In this document: positions 54,007 through 62,860 of the stretch, piece after piece
How positions within the stretch are numbered: the first letter of the stretch is position 1
Layout: the number at the start of each line of letters is the position of its first letter
Assembly: GCA_034413595.1 (NCBI GenBank)
Contig: DAOUMC010000030.1
Span: forward strand, 19,606-83,605
Length of the DNA: 64,000 bases
Source of the DNA: Dehalococcoidales bacterium
GTDB taxonomy: Bacteria; Chloroflexota; Dehalococcoidia; Dehalococcoidales; JAUWZL01
Direction of reading: 5' to 3'
Program-made: the position numbers and the translations under genes
Notes under the pieces: model-generated
The model's input: the letters and a program-made list of their open reading frames with translations, nothing else
What the model was told of the DNA's origin: nothing
The model's database searches: none

Positions 54007-55045
54007 TGGTTTGCCTTCCCAAAACAGGTGGTTCCTTGCCGTACAGCTCGGCCACCAGGGCGCTTATCATGCCAGCTATATAGTTGATGGCCGAGATAGC
54101 CCGGGCGTATGGCATCCGGGTGGGGCCGACAACACTTATGGTGCCCAGGGCTTCATCCGGCAGGCCGTAGCGGCTGATGACCACGCTGTAGTCCTGGATA
54201 ATCTCGGCCCGGTTCTCCTTGCCTATGATTACCTGAACCCCGTAGTCCAGCTCCTCGGGTATCAAGACCTCGGCCAGTTTTCTTTGCTCAACCAAGTCCA
54301 GCAGGCTCATCATACGCTGACCGGTGTTGAACTCTGGCTGGTTTAGCAAGAAGTGCAGGCCGTCAAGATAGGGTTCTTCATATTCCCGCTTATCCTCGGC
54401 CTTCATCATTCCCAGCAGGCAGTCGGTCAGGCGCTTTTCGGTAGCCGCAAGCTCCTTGCCGGTGGCCATAATCTCGTAAGCGGATAGACCGGAGTAGGCT
54501 TCATTGAGTTCGTTGGCCATGGCGGTTAGCTCGGGTTGAGACATAGCCCGGTCGGAGCTCATCAGCTTCTGCCTCACCTTGGCCCCGCGCAGGATTAGGA
54601 TAACCAGCGCCAGATAATCTTGAAGAGCAACCAGCTCCAGGTGCTTGAACTGGCAGGCCGGCAGCCTGGGTCTGGTGACCACCGCCACGTTCTGAACCCT
54701 CTGTGCTATAAGCGTCACCGCCAGGCTCAGCCACTGCTCCAACTCCTGTTCCACCTGATGGAAGAGATGACTTATCAGGCGCTGTTCCACCACGGGCAGC
54801 TCTATGCCTCCCAGTGTGTTCACATAATACCGGTAGCCCTTGTCCGAAGGGATGCTGCCTGCGGCGTGGTGTGGCCGGATGATGTAGCCCGCTTCCTCCA
54901 GTCGTGCCATGTCGTTCCGGACGGTGGCTGAACTCACCTCCAACCCACAGTCGTCAACCACGCTGGCTGATGCCACCGGCACCGCCCGGGTGATATACTG
55001 TCGGGTTATGGAATTGAGCACCGCTGCCATTCTTGGAGATAACAT
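53996..55045 (-). CDS. hrcA: Heat-inducible transcription repressor HrcA
   Basis: MLSPRMAAVLNSITRQYITRAVPVASASVV.... ATG 55045 has AGGAGG 5 nt upstream. The track's longer start would contain the CIRCE operator. Confidence 0.9.
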   Translation of the reverse strand: MLSPRMAAVLNSITRQYITRAVPVASASVVDDCGLEVSSATVRNDMARLEEAGYIIRPHHAAGSIPSDKGYRYYVNTLGGIELPVVEQRLISHLFHQVEQELEQWLSLAVTLIAQRVQNVAVVTRPRLPACQFKHLELVALQDYLALVILILRGAKVRQKLMSSDRAMSQPELTAMANELNEAYSGLSAYEIMATGKELAATEKRLTDCLLGMMKAEDKREYEEPYLDGLHFLLNQPEFNTGQRMMSLLDLVEQRKLAEVLIPEELDYGVQVIIGKENRAEIIQDYSVVISRYGLPDEALGTISVVGPTRMPYARAISAINYIAGMISALVAELYGKEPPVLGRQTSEN

Positions 55046-55056
55046 CCTGACCTCCT

Positions 55057-55083
55057 TTAGCAATCTAAGCCGAGGATTGCTAA
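55057..55083. promoter_or_regulatory. CIRCE operator (variant TTAGCAATC-N9-GATTGCTAA)
   Basis: Perfect 9-bp inverted repeat with a 9-nt spacer between the promoter and the hrcA Shine-Dalgarno. The consensus is TTAGCACTC-N9-GAGTGCTAA. Confidence 0.85.
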
Positions 55084-55093
55084 AGACCATTTC

Positions 55094-55122
55094 AATTTAA
55101 CACCTTTGGCCGTGATTGTCAA
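55094..55122 (-). promoter_or_regulatory. Promoter of the hrcA-grpE-dnaK-dnaJ operon
   Basis: TTGACA (55122-55117), 17-nt spacer, TGt-TAAATT (55099-55094) on the minus strand, immediately upstream of CIRCE. Confidence 0.65.
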
Positions 55123-55322
55123 GAGACCCAAAGGTATGGTGGTATACTTTTGTCTATCTCCGGACTTCAACCGCCGTAACAAGCCCCGATTTTATCAGGC
55201 GTGGCATCTCAGCGGATTGCTTCGCTTGGCAGCAACGGACACACCGGAAAACAACAGAAATGCAGGCAGACAAAAGTGGGGCTCTCTATCTAGGGTTCCA
55301 GTTCGGCCAGCCGGGGGCCTGG

Positions 55323-56237
55323 CTATGCGTTCTGGGAGGCGTTCTGGGCTTTTAACTGAGTGAAAGCCAGAAACTCCTGGAGCAGGCGTGAGACCACTCT
55401 TTCCCTGTAGTAGATGCAGTGGAAGTCACGTTTCAGCTTCATCTTGTCCACGCTAAGCTGGTGCACCAGACCTAGCTTCAGGCTCTTGTTGATGGCCAGG
55501 CTGGAGACAAAGGCAATTCCGGCCTTGGCCTCCACCGCCGAGACAACGGCCTGGGTGCTGCCCAGTATCAGGTGCGGCCGTAACTGGCCGGGGTTGAGGC
55601 CGGCCTTGGTGAGCATTTCTTCCAGGCTCTTTCGCGTGCCTGAGGTTGCTTCGCGGTTTATCAGCGGCTCTGCCACCAGCTCGGCGAAGGATATCTCCTT
55701 CCGTTTGGCGAAAGGGTGCTCCGGGAATACAATGAGGACAATCTCATCCTGGGCTATTCTGAATGATTCCAGCCCCTGTTCCTTCGGTGGGGCGATGCCA
55801 CAGAAGCCGACTTCATAGCTGCCGTCCCGCACGCCGGCGATAACATCAAGCGAATTACGGGTTATTATCTGAGCACTGGTGGCCGGGTGAAGGGTCATGA
55901 ACTCACCCAGAATGGGTGGGAGCAGAAATTCACTGGGAATGGTGCTGGCAGCGATGACGAGCTCCCCGGTGACCTCCTGTCGAAGCTGGTCAAGGTCGGC
56001 CAGCAGAGCGTTTCTCTCCTTGTCTACGGTCCGGGCGAATTCAAGCAGCCTTTTGCCGGCGTCGGTCAGTGTGATTCTTTTCTGGCTTCTATTTATGAGG
56101 CGGATACCCAGGTCCTGCTCCAGTCTTTGTATCTGGAAGGATACCGCCGGCTGGCTGATGGACAACTTCTTGGCCACCGTAGAGAAACTGCCCAGCCTGA
56201 TCAGTTCCAGAAAGGTTGTCAGGTAGTCCAGGTTCAT
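55323..56237 (-). CDS. LysR-family transcriptional regulator
   Basis: N-terminal HTH (FSTVAKKLSISQPAVSFQIQRLEQDLG) plus a substrate-binding domain. Divergent from tkt. Confidence 0.9.
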   Translation of the reverse strand: MNLDYLTTFLELIRLGSFSTVAKKLSISQPAVSFQIQRLEQDLGIRLINRSQKRITLTDAGKRLLEFARTVDKERNALLADLDQLRQEVTGELVIAASTIPSEFLLPPILGEFMTLHPATSAQIITRNSLDVIAGVRDGSYEVGFCGIAPPKEQGLESFRIAQDEIVLIVFPEHPFAKRKEISFAELVAEPLINREATSGTRKSLEEMLTKAGLNPGQLRPHLILGSTQAVVSAVEAKAGIAFVSSLAINKSLKLGLVHQLSVDKMKLKRDFHCIYYRERVVSRLLQEFLAFTQLKAQNASQNA

Positions 56238-56303
56238 AACGCATCTATTCTATGCCATCTCAGTCAAATCATCAAGGGCATTCTTGACTAAAAAACCGGA
56301 TGA

Positions 56304-56332
56304 TTGAAAAAAGACATTCAGTGGTATAGAAT
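56304..56332 (+). promoter_or_regulatory. Candidate tkt promoter
   Basis: TTGAAA (56304-56309), 17-nt spacer, TAGAAT (56327-56332). Alternatively TGg-TATAGA. Confidence 0.5.
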
Positions 56333-56343
56333 CTCTTAGCCCG

Positions 56344-58362
56344 ATGACGCTTGATGAGCTCAGTATCAACACCCTGCGCTTTCTGGCGGTGGATGCGGTG
56401 GAGAAAGCCAAGTCCGGCCACCCGGGGATGCCCATGGGGGCGGCGGTGATGGCCTATGTGCTGTGGCACCGCTTTCTCAAGCACAACCCGGATGACCCTG
56501 CCTGGCCCGATAGAGACCGTTTTGTCCTCTCCGCCGGCCACGCCTCGGCCATGCTCTACTCTCTTCTTTACCTGACGGGGTATGACCTGCCGCTTGATGA
56601 AATCAAGCGGTTCCGCCAGTGGGGCAGCAAGACGCCAGGCCACCCTGAGTGCGGGCTTGCCCCAGATTGCGGACTCGCCCCCGGCGTTGAGGTGACCACC
56701 GGGCCTCTGGGCCAGGGGTTCGCCAACGGGGTGGGTATGGCCATCGCCGAGCGCTGGCTGGCGGCGCACTATAACCAGCCGGGATATGAAATCTTCGACC
56801 ACTACACCTACGCCATCTGCTCCGATGGCGACATGATGGAGGGCGTCTCCTCCGAGGCGGCGTCGCTGGCGGGGACGCTCAAGCTGGACAAGCTTATCTA
56901 TCTTTACGATGATAACGGCATCTCCATTGAAGGTGACACCAGCATCACCTTCACCGAGGACGTCGGCCAGAGGTTCAGGGCCTATGGCTGGCAGGTCATC
57001 GGGCCCATCGATGGCATGGACATAGCCTCGGTGGACTCGGCCATAAGAATGGCCCAGGCGGAAAAAGAGCACCCCAGTCTTATCATCGGCAGGACTATCA
57101 TCGGCTACGGCAGCCCGGCCAAGGCGGGCACCGGCCTGGCCCACGGGGAGCCGCTGGGCGAGGAAGAAGTCCATCTGGCCAAAGAGAAGCTGGGCTGGCC
57201 CTACAAAGAGCCGTTTACCGTACCGCCGGAGGTGATGGCCAATTTCCGGCGGGCGAAGGAGCGGGGCAGTAAGCAGCAGGCGGAGTGGCAGGCCAGGCTG
57301 GAAGCCTATCGCCGCGCCTATCCTAATGAAGCTAAACAACTGGAGATTGACCTGTCGGGGGAGCTTCCCGACGGCTGGGACAGTGACCTGGACAGCCTTT
57401 TCCTCTCCCAGGACAGGCCCCTGGCTACCAGAGAGGCCTCGGGAATGGTGATGAACACCATCGCCCCCAGGGTTCATGCCCTGGTCGGCGGTGCCGGTGA
57501 CCTGGCGCCTTCTACCAAGACGATTCTTAAAGACAGCGGGCACTTCGGCCCTGGTGACTACCTGGGACACAACCTGCACTTTGGCGTCCGGGAGCACGCC
57601 ATGGGGGCCATCGTCAGCGGCATGGCGGTTCACAAGGGTATCATCCCCTATACGGCGACCTTCCTGATTTTCTATGACTACATGCGTCCGCCGGTGCGCC
57701 TGGCGGCGATGATGAAGCTCAGGGTTATCTATATCTTTACCCACGACTCGGTCGGTCTGGGTGAGGACGGGCCGACCCACCAGCCGATAGAACACCTGGC
57801 CGGTCTCAGGGCGGTACCCAACCTGCTGACCATACGCCCGGCTGACGCCACCGAGACGGCCGAGGCCTGGAAAGTCGCCCTGAGGTGCTGTCACGGGCCG
57901 ACCGCCCTGGTTCTCACCCGCCAGAAGCTGCCGGTTTTAGACCGGAAGCAGCTGGCTCCGGCCAGTGGGGTTCAGCGCGGTGGCTATATTCTGTGGCAGG
58001 CAACACCCTCCCCGGAGGTTATCCTCATCGGCACCGGCTCCGAGGTGCACATCGCCCTGGAGGCGGGGAGATTACTCAAGGAGAAGGGCATCTCGGCCAG
58101 CGTCGTTTCTCTACCCTGCTGGGAGCTTTTCGATGCCCAGCCGGAAGAATACCGTGAGAGCGTTCTGCCACCAGAGCTTAAGGTGCGGGTATCTATTGAG
58201 GCGGGGGCCACCCTGGGCTGGGAGAGATATACTGGCTGCGAAGGGGTTGCCATCGGCATAGACCGCTTCGGCGCCTCGGCCCCGTATAAGACAATCTACG
58301 AGCACCTTGGTCTGACCGCCCGGCGGATGGCTGACGAAGCCGTCCGTCTGCTAGGCAGGTGA
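56344..58362 (+). CDS. tkt: Transketolase
   Basis: 672 aa: [21 protein letters not shown]...GDG.MEG...[16 protein letters not shown]. Confidence 0.97.
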   Translation: MTLDELSINTLRFLAVDAVEKAKSGHPGMPMGAAVMAYVLWHRFLKHNPDDPAWPDRDRFVLSAGHASAMLYSLLYLTGYDLPLDEIKRFRQWGSKTPGHPECGLAPDCGLAPGVEVTTGPLGQGFANGVGMAIAERWLAAHYNQPGYEIFDHYTYAICSDGDMMEGVSSEAASLAGTLKLDKLIYLYDDNGISIEGDTSITFTEDVGQRFRAYGWQVIGPIDGMDIASVDSAIRMAQAEKEHPSLIIGRTIIGYGSPAKAGTGLAHGEPLGEEEVHLAKEKLGWPYKEPFTVPPEVMANFRRAKERGSKQQAEWQARLEAYRRAYPNEAKQLEIDLSGELPDGWDSDLDSLFLSQDRPLATREASGMVMNTIAPRVHALVGGAGDLAPSTKTILKDSGHFGPGDYLGHNLHFGVREHAMGAIVSGMAVHKGIIPYTATFLIFYDYMRPPVRLAAMMKLRVIYIFTHDSVGLGEDGPTHQPIEHLAGLRAVPNLLTIRPADATETAEAWKVALRCCHGPTALVLTRQKLPVLDRKQLAPASGVQRGGYILWQATPSPEVILIGTGSEVHIALEAGRLLKEKGISASVVSLPCWELFDAQPEEYRESVLPPELKVRVSIEAGATLGWERYTGCEGVAIGIDRFGASAPYKTIYEHLGLTARRMADEAVRLLGR

Positions 58363-59016
58363 GGAAGCTCTCTTTGCCAGAGCGGACAAACAGCGGTAGC
58401 TTCCGCCGGGGTCTTGCTGGCGGAAGATGGCGCTGCCGACGTAGATGAAGTCAACACCTGTCTGGGCGACCGTGGTGATGTTGTCCTCCTTGATGCCGCC
58501 GTCTATGCCGGACTCGGTGTCGGGACACAGACTGCCGAACTCCCTAATCTTGTCCAGCACGCCGGGTATGAACTCCTTGCCGTAGAAACCGGGGTAGACC
58601 GACAGAAAGAGAATGCTGTCCACCTTGTCAACCAGTGGCAGAATGGCTGATAGCGGGGTGTCAGGGTTGATGGCCAGTCCGACCTCAAGGCCGAGCGCTC
58701 TGGCCAGCGATATGACTTTTAGCGGTGAGCCGGTGGCTTCGTGGTGGAAGACGACCTTCTGTGCTCCCGCCCGCTTGAAGCCTGTCAGATATTTCTCCGG
58801 GTTTTTGACCATCAGGTGGGCCTCCCAGCCTAGCCTCATGGGGATACTTGCCAGTTGCCTGGCGGTTATGCTCCGTGAGGGCACGAACTTGCCGTCCATG
58901 ATGTCAAACTGAACCCAGCTGGTGAAGCTCTCCGACTGACGAATCATGCTCTCCAGGGCCTGAGGGTCACCAGTGAGGATGGCGGGTACTACCTGGCTTG
59001 GCTTATTTCTCGCCAC
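58351..59016 (-). CDS. rpe: Ribulose-phosphate 3-epimerase
   Basis: VPAILTGD...FDIMDG.FVP...HLMV...DGG. The 3' end overlaps the tkt 3' end by 12 nt (convergent). Confidence 0.9.
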   Translation of the reverse strand: MARNKPSQVVPAILTGDPQALESMIRQSESFTSWVQFDIMDGKFVPSRSITARQLASIPMRLGWEAHLMVKNPEKYLTGFKRAGAQKVVFHHEATGSPLKVISLARALGLEVGLAINPDTPLSAILPLVDKVDSILFLSVYPGFYGKEFIPGVLDKIREFGSLCPDTESGIDGGIKEDNITTVAQTGVDFIYVGSAIFRQQDPGGSYRCLSALAKRASSPA

Positions 59017-59017
59017 C

Positions 59018-59482
59018 TTACACCTTGCGCCGGCAGTACTGGTCCTCTATGTCCTTTATCTGGTCCAGGCGGCGCTGGTGGCGGCCGCCGTCGAAGGGAG
59101 TTGCCAGCCAGACACGGACTATCTCCTGGGCCAGACGCTCGCCCAGTATCCAGCCTCCCAGAACCAGTATGTTGGCGTCGTTGTGGCGGCGGCTGAGCTC
59201 GGCAGTGAAGGTGTCCCAGCACAGAGCGGCCCTGACGCCGGGAACCTTGTTGGCTACCATGGCATCTCCCTGCCCGGTGCCACAGAAGACAATCCCCTTT
59301 TGGCATTCACTGGAGGCCACCTTTGCCGCCGCTTTAGAGGTATAGAGCGGGTAGTCCACCGGCTCGGTGCTGGTGGTGCCGATGTCATCCACCTGGTAGC
59401 CCAGCTTTTCCAGGAAACCCTTGAGGCTCTCCTTGAGCTCAAAGCCGGCGTGGTCACTGCTGACTACAATACGTTCTGTCAT
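59018..59482 (-). CDS. rpiB: Ribose-5-phosphate isomerase B
   Basis: MTERIVVSSDHAGFELKE...CGTGQG. ATG 59482 is preferred over the track's 59506. Confidence 0.9.
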   Translation of the reverse strand: MTERIVVSSDHAGFELKESLKGFLEKLGYQVDDIGTTSTEPVDYPLYTSKAAAKVASSECQKGIVFCGTGQGDAMVANKVPGVRAALCWDTFTAELSRRHNDANILVLGGWILGERLAQEIVRVWLATPFDGGRHQRRLDQIKDIEDQYCRRKV

Positions 59483-59609
59483 AAGAGTAAGCCAGTGAAC
59501 GGTCAAGGCAATTATAGGTATCGGCTGTTGCTTGTGTCAATGGTTTGCGCCAGTCCAGAACAAAAAGCCTCTTGGCTTTGGTTGAATCTGACATCAGATA
59601 CCAGCGTTT

Positions 59610-59640
59610 GCCCTTCAGTAAAGGGGAATTAAGGGGATTT
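59610..59640. repeat. Hairpin repeat CCCTTcagtaAAGGG + GAATTAAGGGGATTTT
   Basis: Shares the GGGGA(A)TTAAGGGGATTT tail with 3399 and 14943. Confidence 0.7.
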
Positions 59641-59645
59641 TCTAT

Positions 59646-60371
59646 TCAAGCCAGAGAGCACAGGGTTATCTTACCCCAGACGCCTAACTTGTCGTCTTTG
59701 ATGATGACTACACCCAGCAGTCCTTCAATGCTCCGGGCGAGTTTCATACCCGCCGGAAAGTCATCCGGTGAAGAGACTGTATTGCCGATAGCCGTAGCGG
59801 CGGCATCAGCCAGGATAGCTGAGTTTGAGGTTACCACCACGGCATCGGCTTTGCCCAGGCTCATAGAATGCCCCACCGTCCCCGATGAGGTGCAGACCCC
59901 AAGCGGTGTCTCATCCGCCTTGATTTTTAGACCGAGCTTGCCGCTTAGAGGTGACCCGCCGGTGTAGATGCCGACCGTCCTGTCCTTTAGGCTCTTCATA
60001 TATATATCACCGCCGTTTTCTATGATTACCTCCGGCGAATAGGCAAGCAACTCCTGGCCGACAAACTGGGCAATAGCCCCGGCCACCGAAGCCATAGGCC
60101 CGACACCAACCTGCCTTGTGGCCGCTGCCATTTCCCTGACAATGTCTGGCGCCTTCCTTGCCACCGCTACCGGTTTAAGCGAGGTGGCGAACCCGGGGTG
60201 CTGTTCAATATAGTCCTCAAGCACACCCCGGTGCTTCTGCACCAGTCCGTAGGCGATGTTTTTGAGGTTGGATACAGCCCGGATGTACAGGTCGGTCTCC
60301 TTGGCTACGACTCTGAAGCAGACCAGGTCCTGGTCCTGGAGCCATCGGCGGTAGGTTCTTGGCTGGTACAT
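59646..60371 (-). CDS. UPF0280 / COG2122 ApbE-like family protein
   Basis: MYQPRTYRRWLQDQDLVCFRVVAKETDLYIRA...PMASVAGAIA...TSSGTVGHS. Follows the NIL-ferredoxin gene with a 3-nt gap. Confidence 0.7.
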   Translation of the reverse strand: MYQPRTYRRWLQDQDLVCFRVVAKETDLYIRAVSNLKNIAYGLVQKHRGVLEDYIEQHPGFATSLKPVAVARKAPDIVREMAAATRQVGVGPMASVAGAIAQFVGQELLAYSPEVIIENGGDIYMKSLKDRTVGIYTGGSPLSGKLGLKIKADETPLGVCTSSGTVGHSMSLGKADAVVVTSNSAILADAAATAIGNTVSSPDDFPAGMKLARSIEGLLGVVIIKDDKLGVWGKITLCSLA

Positions 60372-60374
60372 GGC

Positions 60375-60782
60375 CTAAAAGTGCAGTTCCATGGCCCTCG
60401 GCGGGCATGCCTTGATGCACAGGGCACAGGCGATGCATCTGTCACCGAGGAAGGTAACCCGTCTGGTGGAGGGGTCGAGTTTGAAGGCAGCGGCCGGGCA
60501 AATGGTTATACAGGCGCCACAGTGGGTGCACCTTTCTTCGTTGCGCAGAACATTCTGGCTCAGAGACTGTATTCTTACCCCTCTCTGGCTCAGGTACTCA
60601 ATCCCCTTATCATAATTGGACTGCTGACCGCTGAGTTCCAGCACCATCAGTCCCTCTTCGTCAGGGACGACCGATGCCTTCAGGATATTGAATTTCAGGT
60701 CGTAGTCCTTAATCAGCCGGTAGACTATGGGCTGGTCCACTAGGCGGCTGGGAAAGTGCAGCACTATTTTCTTTGAGACCAT
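60375..60782 (-). CDS. NIL-domain / 2x[4Fe-4S] ferredoxin fusion protein
   Basis: N-terminal NIL-like domain (IVYRLIKDYDLKFNILKASV) plus CTHCGACITICP and CIACALCIKACP clusters. Start is ATG 60782 or GTG 60791. Confidence 0.8.
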   Translation of the reverse strand: MVSKKIVLHFPSRLVDQPIVYRLIKDYDLKFNILKASVVPDEEGLMVLELSGQQSNYDKGIEYLSQRGVRIQSLSQNVLRNEERCTHCGACITICPAAAFKLDPSTRRVTFLGDRCIACALCIKACPPRAMELHF

Positions 60783-60846
60783 CGTCCTCACCTCACCATC
60801 TTATGTCTTGATTGAGTTGCCTTGTGGCGGGAAGCCGTAATAGACA

Positions 60847-60875
60847 ATACTAGTATTAACGGCTAGATTTGTCAA
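60847..60875 (-). promoter_or_regulatory. Candidate promoter of the NIL-ferredoxin operon
   Basis: TTGACA (60875-60870), 17-nt spacer, TAGTAT (60852-60847) on the minus strand. Confidence 0.45.
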
Positions 60876-61092
60876 TTGACGCGGGGCCCTGAGGTGACAC
60901 CTGTCATTAATACTGCTCCTCACCTTACTATTGTCCGGTTACTAAAGTAGCCATCAAAGAGTACCATTGGGGGATTGCAAGCCAGCCAATTTGGGTTAAA
61001 TTATAAGTATATTGCTGTTCCCTTCTTTGTTGACAAAAAAGCAACAAAAAAGCAATAAATATGCTAAGTGTCAATGTGACCTGCCGTGGTGA

Positions 61093-61968
61093 ATGGTGGT
61101 GGAAGACATCTGTAAGACCAAAGACCAGCTGCTCGGGGAGCTAACCGCCCTGCGTCAACATTTGGCTGAACTTGAGGGGTTGGGAGTCGGCTCCGTCATT
61201 ATTGGCCGAGACTTAACCGAGCAGAAGCAGATGCAAGAAAGGCTCATGATTGCCGATAGGCTGGCTTCTATCGGTGAGCTGGTATCGGAAGTAGCCCACG
61301 AGCTGGAAGCTCCTCTGGCCAGCATTATTCGTTTCGCCGAACTGCTGCTTGAAGAAGAGGTCTCTGATGAAGCCAGGGAAGAGATAGCCATTATATGCCA
61401 CGAAGCCCAGCGCGCCACCGATGTGATAAGGAATCTCAGAACCTTCGCCCGGAGGCACAAGCCTTCAAGGTGTTCGGTCAGTATAAACGGTGTTATAGCC
61501 ACAGTTCTGGCCCTGCGTGCTCACGAGCAGAAGTTGAACAACATCAAGGTCGATACCTGCTTTGCCCCTGACCTGCTGCAGGTTATGGCCGATGAATTCC
61601 AGCTACAGCAGGCGTTCCTCAACATCATTGTCAATGCCGAGTACTTTATGGAGCGGTCACATGGCAGAGGCACCTTGACCATTACCACGCAAAGGGTCGG
61701 CAGCTCTATCAGGGCTGTTTTTGCCGACGATGGCCCCGGTATCTCTGAAGAAAATCTGGAACGCCTGTTCGCTACCTTCTTCACTACCAAGGATGCGGGT
61801 GAGGGTACAGGCTTGGGTTTGAGTATCTGCCACCGGGTGGTAACTGAGCATGGTGGCAGGATATATGCCCAGAGTGAACCAGGTAAAGGGGCTACCTTTA
61901 TTGTGGAACTGCCTGTCGGGACTGATAGTGTGGTACCGGATGAAGAGCTGTGGGTGCAGTTCAAGTAG
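61093..61968 (+). CDS. Soluble sensor histidine kinase (HisKA + HATPase_c only)
   Basis: H-box SEVAHELEAPLASI plus N, G1 (DDGPGI) and G2 (GTGLGLS) boxes. No TM or obvious sensor domain, and no adjacent response regulator. Confidence 0.85.
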   Translation: MVVEDICKTKDQLLGELTALRQHLAELEGLGVGSVIIGRDLTEQKQMQERLMIADRLASIGELVSEVAHELEAPLASIIRFAELLLEEEVSDEAREEIAIICHEAQRATDVIRNLRTFARRHKPSRCSVSINGVIATVLALRAHEQKLNNIKVDTCFAPDLLQVMADEFQLQQAFLNIIVNAEYFMERSHGRGTLTITTQRVGSSIRAVFADDGPGISEENLERLFATFFTTKDAGEGTGLGLSICHRVVTEHGGRIYAQSEPGKGATFIVELPVGTDSVVPDEELWVQFK

Positions 61969-62033
61969 CCCTGATGGTTGGGGATAGGTTGCAAAAATTA
62001 TTGAGTCCCTTTCCGGCGGCCCGAGCATAGTTG

Positions 62034-62042
62034 TGCTATATT
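62034..62042 (+). promoter_or_regulatory. Extended -10 element TGc-TATATT upstream of birA
   Basis: Ends 1 nt before the track's TTG 62044 start and 7 nt before the in-frame GTG 62050. Confidence 0.4.
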
Positions 62043-62043
62043 A

Positions 62044-62826
62044 TTGGGTGTGGAAGCGGATAGTCTGTCGCCGGCAGCTATTGCTGGTAGCCTCAAGACC
62101 CGGTTTATCGGCCAGAGGGTCGTCTACCGACCAAAGCTGGCTTCAACAATGGAGGAAGCCAGAGTAGAGGCCGCGAAGGGGGCGCCAGAGGGCACGGTGA
62201 TTATCGCTGGCGAGCAGACTGGTGGCCGGGGGAGGCTGGAGCGTACTTGGCTGTCGCCCTCAGGCGGTATCTATTTGTCTATTATTCTCTATCCCGACGC
62301 TGGCAATCTTTCTTCCCTTATCATGGTGGCCTCGCTGGCGGTGGTTCACGCCGTCAGGGCGGTCACCGGGCTCCAGGCGCAGATAAAGTGGCCCAATGAT
62401 GTCTTAATCGGGGGCAGGAAGGTCTGCGGCGTCCTCATCGAAAGCGGTGCCAGAGAAGGTGATGGTATTTATGCCGTTATCGGCCTCGGTATCAATGCCA
62501 ACATTAGGACGGCTGATTTTGCCGAGATTCCGCCAGCGGCCACCAGCCTCTCCGATGAACTGGGCAGAGACGTTTCTCGTTTGGAGATGTTAAGAAAGCT
62601 GCTTTCTGAGTTTGAACGGCTGTACCTGTCCCTGCCTGGTGAAGCCGTTTATCAGGAGTGGCGCCACAGTCTGGTAACTCTGGGCAGAAGGGTTCGCGCC
62701 AGGTCAGGAGTGTCTGTTTATGAAGGCGTTGCCGAGTCCGTGGCCAGGGACGGCAGTCTGATACTGCGCCGTCCGGATGGCAGCCGCATCCCGGTCTATG
62801 CCGGTGATGTAACTCTACGGGACTAG
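62044..62826 (+). CDS. birA: Biotin--[acetyl-CoA-carboxylase] ligase (class I, no HTH)
   Basis: GEQTGGRGRLERTW...KWPNDVL...GIGINA. The start may be GTG 62050 (leaderless geometry). Confidence 0.9.
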   Translation: MGVEADSLSPAAIAGSLKTRFIGQRVVYRPKLASTMEEARVEAAKGAPEGTVIIAGEQTGGRGRLERTWLSPSGGIYLSIILYPDAGNLSSLIMVASLAVVHAVRAVTGLQAQIKWPNDVLIGGRKVCGVLIESGAREGDGIYAVIGLGINANIRTADFAEIPPAATSLSDELGRDVSRLEMLRKLLSEFERLYLSLPGEAVYQEWRHSLVTLGRRVRARSGVSVYEGVAESVARDGSLILRRPDGSRIPVYAGDVTLRD

Positions 62827-62860
62827 ACAGAAGCAGTCTTGCTCTCATCTGTTTTATCGC

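Noticed and set aside
55106-55363. 85-aa and 79-aa ORFs in the lysR/hrcA intergenic region
   Set aside because: There is no Shine-Dalgarno and the composition is odd. They overlap the hrcA promoter region and the lysR 3' end. I found no motif. An unannotated sRNA remains possible, but there is no specific evidence.
56272-57894. 540-aa ORF on the minus strand, one of the longest in the track
   Set aside because: It lies entirely antisense to transketolase, whose translation is unmistakable. The antisense product is Arg/Gly/Pro-rich low-complexity sequence with no motifs. This is a typical GC-driven shadow ORF.
58351-58362. 12-nt overlap of the convergent tkt and rpe 3' ends
   Set aside because: The overlap is real, but such overlaps are common in compact genomes. 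No structure or signal beyond the overlap was seen.
20538-60743. Other long antisense ORFs (for example 4902-5621, 20538-21095, 21748-22302, 24077-24718, 26745-27458, 27462-28085, 33127-33861, 36602-37096, 44361-44987, 46668-47186, 47509-48042, 49187-49627, 58973-59632, 60198-60743)
   Set aside because: Each lies opposite a confidently identified conserved gene and has biased Arg/Pro/Gly/Ser composition. None has a recognisable motif or Shine-Dalgarno.
60792-60960. SAM or other riboswitch upstream of the NIL-ferredoxin operon
   Set aside because: The predicted leader is only about 50 nt. By eye I found none of the SAM-I/II conserved segments, only a promoter-like TTGACA-17-TAGTAT.
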